Of a DNA stretch of 64,000 nt, positions 1 through 6,787 are shown one piece after another. This stretch comes from Acidimicrobiales bacterium (lineage in GTDB: Bacteria > Actinomycetota > Acidimicrobiia > Acidimicrobiales > Bog-793). The first letter of the stretch is position 1, and the number at the start of each line of letters is the position of its first letter. The position numbers and the translations under genes were made by a program. The stretch lies in the NCBI GenBank assembly GCA_050015475.1, contig JBEKBI010000011.1, positions 8,135-72,134 on the forward strand, written 5' to 3'. The notes beneath the pieces are model-generated. The model saw nothing but the letters and a program-made list of their open reading frames with translations, was not told the origin of the DNA and searched no databases.

Positions 1-110
1 CGACGCTTCGCCCGGTTGCGGCACCGGCATACGCGAATCGGCCGCTGCGGGGCTTTGCAAGTACCAGATCCTCAAAAGAGGGCCGAGTCCGTACCCAAGG
101 AGAGTCCGTC

Positions 111-1031
111 GTGAACGAAGACAGGCCAAGTAGCCCAGAGTCAGATGCAGAAATCGAGTCAGCAGATTCGACCCACGCACCCGTGAGCGCAAAGGCGGTC
201 CCCGCAACAGCCGGACGGTCCGCCGTCGGCGGGTCACGCGGGTTCTTCCGCCGCTTCACACCCCGCACGCTCGTGATGATCGGCGTGGGCGTGCTCCTGG
301 TGGCTGGTTCGGTCGCTGGCACGCTCTCTTTGCGCAGCTCCAACAAGTCGCTTTCGTTGTCCAACTACCAATCGGTCCTTGCCTCAGCGCACGCTTCCGG
401 AGCCGCGTCCGGGGCGACGATCACGGTCACAGGCAGCGGCGCAGTCGAAGGCACGCCCGATACGGCCTCGTTCAGCATCGGCGTGGATACGACCGAGTCC
501 ACCGCGGCGGCGGCGCTTGACCAGAACAACACCCAGGTTGCCAACCTCGAGCAGTCTCTCGAGCAGAGCGGCGTCCCTGCGAAGGACATCCAGACGAGCG
601 AGCTGGACCTCTACGCCAACACGGACAACAGCGGAGCCGTCACCGGTTTCAGCGCTGACGACGATCTCAACGTGACCATAACCGGCCTCTCGGGGCTGGG
701 CAGCGCCCTCGATGCGGCTGTGCACGCTGCCGGCAACGGGGCCACTCTGGGCGGGATCTCGTTCTCCATCTCCAATCAGTCGACGTTGCTCGCCACCGCT
801 CGCGCTCAAGCGATGCAGGCGGCCAGGACCGAGGCGTCGCAGATTGCCGCCGGTGGGGGACTCGTCCTCGGTCCGATCGTCAAGATCACGGACCAGGAGA
901 ACGTCGGCCAGAACATCCTCTACGAGTCGCCAGAGGCCTTTGCGGCATCGCGCTCGTCGGTGCCAGTTCAAGCCGGCCAGCAGCAGATCACTGTCGACGT
1001 GACGGTCGTTTACCAGCTCGTGGCTTCCTGA
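111..1031 (+). CDS. SIMPL/DUF541-domain envelope protein with N-terminal membrane anchor
   Basis: 306-aa ORF with an AAGGAG-like SD a few nt before GTG 111. One hydrophobic helix (LVMIGVGVLLVAGSVAG) is followed by ITVTGSG, SFSIGV, DDDLNVTI and QQQITVDVTVVYQL blocks that match my memory of the SIMPL/DUF541 family. Confidence 0.75.
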   Translation: MNEDRPSSPESDAEIESADSTHAPVSAKAVPATAGRSAVGGSRGFFRRFTPRTLVMIGVGVLLVAGSVAGTLSLRSSNKSLSLSNYQSVLASAHASGAASGATITVTGSGAVEGTPDTASFSIGVDTTESTAAAALDQNNTQVANLEQSLEQSGVPAKDIQTSELDLYANTDNSGAVTGFSADDDLNVTITGLSGLGSALDAAVHAAGNGATLGGISFSISNQSTLLATARAQAMQAARTEASQIAAGGGLVLGPIVKITDQENVGQNILYESPEAFAASRSSVPVQAGQQQITVDVTVVYQLVAS

Positions 1032-1210
1032 GCGGCGTTCCCGAGCGATGCCAAGCGCCGGCTGTCTCGATGCCGTCTCGGCGTCGGGCGGTCGGCGCAC
1101 TGGCATGTGTGCGCCCCTGGTGGCACGGAACCTCCGAAATGGGGGACGGCGGGACGACTTGCAGAAATCTCCGCGTACGCGAAACTGCTTCCTCGTTGCT
1201 TTGAAAGGAC

Positions 1211-2527
1211 GTGATGGACGGCCCTGACCTTTCACATCTCCTGGAAGATGCAAGTTCCGAAGCACCCTCCCGAGATGTGCTCGACTCCATCGTCCGCCGC
1301 CATCACCGCCGGCAGGTCCGCCGAGCGCGCGCTGCGGCCACGCTGGCGCTGGTGCTGGCGCTCGCGGGTGCGGGTGTCGGCATAGGCCTCAGCCGTCCAG
1401 GGAGCACGGTCACAGCGCTCTCGCCCCGCGCGTCGAACACCCACGTGCCGAGCAACCAGGGGGGCGTGCCGAACACGAGCCGCTCCGAGGCGAGCCAGTC
1501 CGTCGCCCCCTCGGGGCTGGCCTGGGTGAGCACAGGCTCGGGTGAAGGGGCGATCGCAGCTGCAGCCTTGCCCTCGGGCAGTGCGGGCGAGGGCTACCTG
1601 GCGGCGGGCCACCTCGCGCCCACGGGCGCCGCAATCGGATCCCCATTTTGTTCGGTTTCCGGCTGTGTGACTTTCGGGTCTGACAACACGTTCCAGGGAG
1701 CCGTGCTCACGCACCTTTTCACGCGGATTAGTGACGGCGTCACTGTGCGGGCGTTCAGCGCCCGCTGGACACAGGCACCCCTGAAGCTCGTCCCGAATGG
1801 CGACGCGAGCGCGCAGGGTGCCTCGACGACTGTTGCGCCCGCCTCTTCGCCACCGGCGGCGGGAACCGACGGCGCCGCCCCCGCGGCCGAGACTGGCCCG
1901 GTCTCCACGCTCGTGCCCGATGACACGGTGACTACTACGACGGCTGTGGGTGCGCCACTCCCCGTCCCGTCGCCGTCTGCGGGTTGCGCGATCGCCCAAG
2001 CGCTCGTCGTGGAGGTGTCCGAGGCCGAAGTCTCGGGAGTACTCGCCGTGCCGCTCGGGCCTCGGGTGTCCAGGCCTATAGACGTTCTCGAGGACCAGAT
2101 CGTCGGCGGTGCGAAGGACTTCCCCATAGTCGTGGTGGTCGCGCACGTCTCGGGGCGGACCCAGGTGGTGCGAGCGAGGTTTGCGAGCGGTGCTCAGGAC
2201 CAGATGGGCGTCGTCGATGGGTGGGCGGTCCTCGTGCACAAACTGAGTCCGGCCAAGATGCACGGATCAGCAAGGCGGAACGAATCAAGCTCGGCAGGAC
2301 GGGCGACGGTGTCCGTGCTTGCAAGCAGCGGCGTCATCCTCGAGCGGGCGTACTTGCCTAGATCTGGAATGTTGGCGATGGCTGTAAGAGCCTGTTTCTC
2401 GCCTGGACGAATGGGCAGGGTTGCCGCGCCGGGTTCTTCGACCTCCCCGGGTACCAAGGGCTCGAACTCATCGAGCGTCGCCCGCAAGGATCGAGCTGCC
2501 ACCTCGTCGACGCGCAACGGCGGGTAG
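1211..2527 (+). CDS. hypothetical single-pass membrane protein (possible anti-sigma-like partner of the downstream ECF sigma)
   Basis: 438-aa ORF with an AAAGGA SD before GTG/ATG 1211/1214. It has a short cytoplasmic N-terminus, a TM helix (AAATLALVLALAGAGVGIGL) and an Ala/Pro/Thr-rich exported region. Codon bias is good until about 2260 and weaker after that. The Ser/Arg/Gly-rich tail may not be genuine. Confidence 0.5.
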   Translation: MMDGPDLSHLLEDASSEAPSRDVLDSIVRRHHRRQVRRARAAATLALVLALAGAGVGIGLSRPGSTVTALSPRASNTHVPSNQGGVPNTSRSEASQSVAPSGLAWVSTGSGEGAIAAAALPSGSAGEGYLAAGHLAPTGAAIGSPFCSVSGCVTFGSDNTFQGAVLTHLFTRISDGVTVRAFSARWTQAPLKLVPNGDASAQGASTTVAPASSPPAAGTDGAAPAAETGPVSTLVPDDTVTTTTAVGAPLPVPSPSAGCAIAQALVVEVSEAEVSGVLAVPLGPRVSRPIDVLEDQIVGGAKDFPIVVVVAHVSGRTQVVRARFASGAQDQMGVVDGWAVLVHKLSPAKMHGSARRNESSSAGRATVSVLASSGVILERAYLPRSGMLAMAVRACFSPGRMGRVAAPGSSTSPGTKGSNSSSVARKDRAATSSTRNGG

Positions 2528-2555
2528 CCAGGGCCGGCGACCGGGGACTCTCCCG

Positions 2556-3056
2556 GTGGGACAGACTGTCGTCATCGAGGACGACCGCAACAGCGATCTA
2601 GCAGCCGACTTTGTCGCCGTCTATGAGGCGCATTATCCGCGTCTTGTCCGGGCACTCGAAATTGGCGGACTGGACCGTCCGGCGGCGGAGGACGTGGCGC
2701 AAGAGGCCTTCGCCCGCACGCTCGGCCACTGGAGGCGGGTACGGCTGGGCACGAACCCGCCCGGCTACGTGTACCGGACGGCTTTCCGGCTGACCCGGAC
2801 CCAGTGGAAGCGCGACTGCCCGCTCGAGACCGAGCAGGCGTCGCGCCGAGACACCGAGGCCGAGGCGGTCTCCAATTTGGGCCTTGAGGCCGCCTTGGCC
2901 CGCATGCCGGAGAGGAGGCGCGCCTGCGCCATGCTGTGCTTCGTCGTCGGGCTCACACCGAAGGAGGCCGGCCGCTCACTTGGGATCGCCGAGGGCACCG
3001 TCCGTAAGCAATTAGGCCTCGCGCGGGAGGACTTGAGGCACCTGCTCGGAGAGTGA
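2556..3056 (+). CDS. ECF-type RNA polymerase sigma-70 family factor
   Basis: Region-2-like FVAVYEAHYPRLVRAL...DVAQEAFARTL and region-4 HTH LTPKEAGRSLGIAEGTVRKQL. The start is placed at in-frame GTG 2556 (166 aa). The track ORF begins at 2421. Confidence 0.8.
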   Translation: MGQTVVIEDDRNSDLAADFVAVYEAHYPRLVRALEIGGLDRPAAEDVAQEAFARTLGHWRRVRLGTNPPGYVYRTAFRLTRTQWKRDCPLETEQASRRDTEAEAVSNLGLEAALARMPERRRACAMLCFVVGLTPKEAGRSLGIAEGTVRKQLGLAREDLRHLLGE

Positions 3057-3181
3057 TGACGATGTCGTGATCAGCGGCTTAGCTCTGTGGGGATCCCGCC
3101 GGAGGGGAATTGGGTAGTGCCGGTGACCCTGCGGAATGGTAAAGTCTCCGACACCGTTCGATTGATATGCAGCAGGCGTGG

Positions 3182-3210
3182 ACGTGGGCGGGAGCCCACG
3201 TTTTGTCATT
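3182..3210 (+). terminator. intrinsic terminator/attenuator hairpin in the rimP-nusA leader
   Basis: Perfect stem CGTGGGC(3183-3189)/GCCCACG(3194-3200) with loop GGGA, immediately followed by TTTTGTCATTT. It lies 127 nt after the sigma stop and 36 nt before the rimP ATG. Confidence 0.6.
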
Positions 3211-3245
3211 TCCGGGGTACGCGGCCTACGAAGGAGGAAGGGGCG

Positions 3246-3818
3246 ATGGCGACGTCAGACGACGTGGAGCGCATCGCCGCGCCCGTGCTTCAAGCCGCGG
3301 GTCTCGAGCTGGTCGACGTGGAACTCCGCTCCGGCAACGTGGTCGTGACCGTCGACAGCGAGGGCGGAGTCGACCTCGACGCGCTCGCGGCCGCGAGCAG
3401 GGCGATCTCAGCCGCCATCGATCTCGAGGACGTAGGCCCATCCGGTCGCTATGAGCTCGAGGTCACCAGTCCGGGCCTCGAGAGGCGCCTCCGCCGTCCG
3501 GAGCACTTCCGCAGCTTCGTCGGCCATCGGATCGCTTTGCGGACCGTGTCTGGCGTGGCAGGGGAGCGGAGGATCGAGGGCGACATCATCTCGGCAGACG
3601 ACCGAGGCGTCGTACTGGGCGATCCTGGCTCACCGGACGGCCGCCGCCGCCTCGCCTACCCCGACATCGAGCGAGCCCACACCGTCTTCGACTGGAGGGC
3701 GGCGCTGGCACACACACCCGCACCGACGGCCCGCAGCGACAGGCGTCGGAACGCCAAGGCGTCACCCGCGGGTGCGAGGCGCGAGCGCAGCGAGAAAGAG
3801 ATGGCGGATCAAGCATGA
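3246..3818 (+). CDS. rimP: ribosome maturation factor RimP
   Basis: ATG 3246 preceded by GAAGGAGGAAGG. N-terminus IAAPVLQAAGLELVDVEL... and YELEVTSPGLERRLRRPEHF are typical of RimP. The stop overlaps the nusA ATG (ATGA). Confidence 0.85.
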   Translation: MATSDDVERIAAPVLQAAGLELVDVELRSGNVVVTVDSEGGVDLDALAAASRAISAAIDLEDVGPSGRYELEVTSPGLERRLRRPEHFRSFVGHRIALRTVSGVAGERRIEGDIISADDRGVVLGDPGSPDGRRRLAYPDIERAHTVFDWRAALAHTPAPTARSDRRRNAKASPAGARRERSEKEMADQA

Positions 3819-5119
3819 ATTCGAAGGACTTCGACGCTTTCGCGGCCCTCGAGGCGCTCCAGCAGATTGCCGCTGACAAGGGCATAGCTGTCGACACCTT
3901 GTTCGACGCCCTCGCCAACGCCCTCGTCGCCGCGTACAAGCGCCTACCGGACGCCGCTGAAGAGGCTGTCGTGACGATCGACCCGGATTCCGGCGAGATC
4001 CGCGTCTACGGGCAAGAGCTTGACGAAGACGGCAACGTCACCCGTGAGTGGGACGACACCCCGGACAGCTTTGGTCGTATCGCGGCCCAGGCGGCCCGCC
4101 AGGTGATCCTCCAGCGCATCCGCGAGGCCGAGCGCGACCGCAAGTACGAGGAGTACGCCGGGCGGGAAGGCGACATCGTCACGGGAATCATCCAGCAGAG
4201 TGACAACCGCTACACCCTGCTCGACTTAGGCAAGGTGGAGGCTTTGCTGCCTCAGGCCGAGCAGGTGCCCTACGAGCGCTACGACCACGGCGCCCGGTTG
4301 AAGGCCTACATCGTGGAGGTCCGCAAGACGAGCAAGGGCCCTCAGATCGTCGTCTCGAGGAGCCACCCGGGCCTGATAAAGCGCCTCTTCGAGCTCGAGG
4401 TGCCCGAGATCTCCAACGGCGTCGTCGAGATCAAGGCCTGCGCCCGCGAGCCGGGCCATCGGACCAAGATCGCCGTGTGGTCCAACGACCCGAACGTGGA
4501 TCCTGTCGGTGCTTGTGTCGGGGCTCGTGGCGCGCGCGTGCGCATGGTGACCACCGAGCTCCGGGGCGAGAAAGTCGACATCGTGCCCTTCTCTGACGAC
4601 CCGGCCGAGTTCGTGTCCCGGGCGCTGCAGCCGGCGAAGGTGAAAGAGGTAATCCTCGACGAGGCCACCGGTCGCGCGACGGTGATCGTCCACGACTACC
4701 AGCTGTCCCTCGCGATCGGCAAAGAGGGCCAGAACGCCCGTCTCGCGGCGCGCCTGACGGGCTGGCACATCGACATCAAGAGCGAGTCCGAAGCCGCCGA
4801 CGAGGCCCACTTCGCCGAGGGCGAATGGGCCGAGGGCGAATGGGTCGAGCAGTCCGGCGAGATGGTGTGGAAGCCAGCCGAAGGCGGCGAGACGCTCTCG
4901 GCCGAAGCCTGGGCGGCGGGGGAGGCCCCGGACGAAGACCCCGAGCCCGACGAAGGAGTCGAGGTCGAGGTGGCCATCGGCGAGGAACTCGTTGTCGATG
5001 CAGCCGAGGCGGACCCGGAGACCGACAACGCGGAGGGCGAGGCCGAGCTGGACGCGACGGCCGCCTCGCCGTCGGGGGCGGGATCGGGCGAAGCCGCCGA
5101 GGAAGGGCAGGGGTCGTAA
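3815..5119 (+). CDS. nusA: transcription termination/antitermination factor NusA with long acidic C-terminal tail
   Basis: NusA N-domain, S1 (GDIVTGIIQQSDNRYTLLDLGKVEALLP) and KH domains (REPGHRTKIAVWS, DPVGACVGARGARV, IGKEGQNARLAARLTGW). The roughly 95-aa Glu/Ala-rich tail replaces AR1/AR2. Confidence 0.95.
   Translation: MNSKDFDAFAALEALQQIAADKGIAVDTLFDALANALVAAYKRLPDAAEEAVVTIDPDSGEIRVYGQELDEDGNVTREWDDTPDSFGRIAAQAARQVILQRIREAERDRKYEEYAGREGDIVTGIIQQSDNRYTLLDLGKVEALLPQAEQVPYERYDHGARLKAYIVEVRKTSKGPQIVVSRSHPGLIKRLFELEVPEISNGVVEIKACAREPGHRTKIAVWSNDPNVDPVGACVGARGARVRMVTTELRGEKVDIVPFSDDPAEFVSRALQPAKVKEVILDEATGRATVIVHDYQLSLAIGKEGQNARLAARLTGWHIDIKSESEAADEAHFAEGEWAEGEWVEQSGEMVWKPAEGGETLSAEAWAAGEAPDEDPEPDEGVEVEVAIGEELVVDAAEADPETDNAEGEAELDATAASPSGAGSGEAAEEGQGS
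4814..4843 (+). repeat. perfect 15-bp tandem duplication inside the nusA tail
   Basis: GCCGAGGGCGAATGG occurs twice back to back (4814-4828 and 4829-4843), encoding AEGEW-AEGEW. Confidence 0.9.
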
Positions 5120-5415
5120 CCCCGCCTGTTCGCACCTGCATTGGATGCCGGCGTCTGGCGCCTGCGTCCGAGCTAGTTCGAGTTGTTCATGCCGCTGGCG
5201 GCACTCTTGACCTCGGGCTTGGCATCCCAGGCCGCGGGGCGTGGCTTTGTCGTGATTCGCCGGGCTGCGTCGACTTGGCGGAGCGGCACAGGGCTTTCTC
5301 GAGAGCGCTTCGCCATCCCATAGGGGCGGAAGCCATTGACGAGCTCCGGTCGAGGCTGAAGGGCGACGCCGGGTCGCCTTTCTCCGGGCCGAGGCCTCGA
5401 GCCGCAAAGCCCTAG
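5113..5415 (+). CDS. ylxR: YlxR/DUF448 family RNA-binding protein (conserved part only; start codon unresolved)
   Basis: VRTCIGCRRLAPASELVRVV...PGRGAWLC motif of the YlxR family, in the canonical position after nusA. There is no ATG/GTG/TTG in frame between 4867 and the conserved block. Confidence 0.7.
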   Translation, partial: VVTPPVRTCIGCRRLAPASELVRVVHAAGGTLDLGLGIPGRGAWLCRDSPGCVDLAERHRAFSRALRHPIGAEAIDELRSRLKGDAGSPFSGPRPRAAKP

Positions 5416-5423
5416 GCACCACC

Positions 5424-6089
5424 TCAGCTGGTGTGCCAGCCCTCCGGAACTTCGGCGTCTTTGCGCGCGCGCCGGAAAAGAAAATCGAGCAGGGGATGCG
5501 GCGGGTAATCCTCGACGGATGCCGCGGCCGGTTCCGCTGGGGACTCTTCCAGCTCCTGGCCCTCGTAGGGATCATCTGGGATTGCGAGCGGCCGCCAGGA
5601 CGAAGCGGCGTACCCGGCGGGAGTGCCCTCGGACACTCCTTCACCGATGACGGGCGTCCCGACCCCGCCAGGAGTTCCCTCGATCTCTTCGCCGTCCTCG
5701 AGGGCTTGTCTGATGTCCGCCGCGGTCGGCGCCGGGTGCGGATCATCGCCCCCTTCGAGGTCCGCGTCTGAAAGATCAATATCCTCGAATTCCTGCAGCT
5801 GCTCGGTGACGAGCGTCAAATGACGGGGATCGTGTGTCATGCCGGTTCGCCTGAAGAATTTCCGTCCTTTTGGCGTCAGACCCAGTTGCTCGTCGACGTA
5901 CTCGACCAGGCCGAGCTCGATGAGAACGCGGACGGAGGCAGCAAAGGCTTCAGGCGTCGGCATCGCCATGGGCAAGGTGAAAGCCTCGAGGGTCCACATC
6001 ACTTGCACGAGCGGGGCGAGCTCCCCGCCGTTGGCGCGCTCGACGGCCACTAGGGCCGCGCCTTCGTTTTTGCCGCAAGACTCAGGCAT
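5424..6089 (-). CDS. hypothetical protein: N-terminal winged-helix-like region plus long acidic disordered C-terminus
   Basis: The ORF has natural composition. SVRVLIELGLVEYVDEQLGLTPKGRKFF resembles a wHTH recognition helix and wing. The C-terminal half is Asp/Glu/Pro/Gly-rich. Start is ATG 6089 (the track uses TTG 6098), and no clear SD is visible. Confidence 0.55.
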   Translation of the reverse strand: MPESCGKNEGAALVAVERANGGELAPLVQVMWTLEAFTLPMAMPTPEAFAASVRVLIELGLVEYVDEQLGLTPKGRKFFRRTGMTHDPRHLTLVTEQLQEFEDIDLSDADLEGGDDPHPAPTAADIRQALEDGEEIEGTPGGVGTPVIGEGVSEGTPAGYAASSWRPLAIPDDPYEGQELEESPAEPAAASVEDYPPHPLLDFLFRRARKDAEVPEGWHTS

Positions 6090-6787
6090 CGATCGCAATG
6101 TAGCGGCTCACCGCCCTGGTGGGACGGTGGGGACGCCCTCTCTCGCCTTCCTGGCCGCCGTCGACTGAGCGATTGAGGCGCAGGCACCGCTCCGCTCGGC
6201 CGAGGGTCCATGCGAATCGTCGGTCCGCAACGGACCTAGGTGACTTCGTGGATCCCAACGCCGCCGGCGCGCGCCCTCGCCGGGCGCGGCCCACGCTCGA
6301 CCTTGGGGTCTGGGCTCCTGCACTGGGGTGCATCGCCATGCTCGAGATCATTTTCCGCGTGCTCGCCGCCATCGTCGTGGTCATCCTTGTGCCCGTGGTC
6401 TGGCTGTTTCGCCGGCTCAGGGGCCGAGGCACCGACCGCCTGCTCGAAGACCAGACCCGCGGGACGCTCACCCAGCCGTCCGGATCCGAGGCTGCGGGCC
6501 ACAGCGACCCCGAGCGGGAGGTCCCGGCCATACGCACCTGGGCCCCGCAAATCTCGGCGCCGTTTGGAAGGCGGTACTTAAGACCGCTCCGCAGTCGGCA
6601 GGCCGAGGCACACCGCGAACACAGCGGATCACCCAGTTGCCCCACTCGCCGTGGCTATCGTGATCCGAGCGCCAAGATGAGGCGACGGGTGTACGAGGCA
6701 CCGGCGTTGTGTGAGAATAGAAGGCCGCGCCAGGCTCGGGATCCCGAACGCTGCGTTGCCCTTCATCGGAGAGGACCTAACCACCAG

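Noticed and set aside
2194-2517. 107-aa minus-strand ORF overlapping the tail of the 1211-2527 gene and divergent from the sigma gene.
   Set aside because: Its first 60 residues look fairly protein-like, and local G+C is lower (about 2340-2400). However, it shares wobble positions with the plus-strand ORF, so codon bias cannot discriminate between them. Its TTG start has no SD, it lies only 38 nt from the sigma start, and it has no motif. I kept it as a caveat on the 3' end of the 1211-2527 call rather than as a feature.
4226-5779. 517-aa minus-strand ORF antisense to nusA/ylxR. The same applies to 7370-8656 and 8038-8853, antisense to infB.
   Set aside because: Arg/Gly/Pro/Leu-rich, off-frame-type composition with no motifs. 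They lie fully inside strongly supported genes on the other strand. Long antisense ORFs are expected in high-G+C DNA because stop codons are rare.
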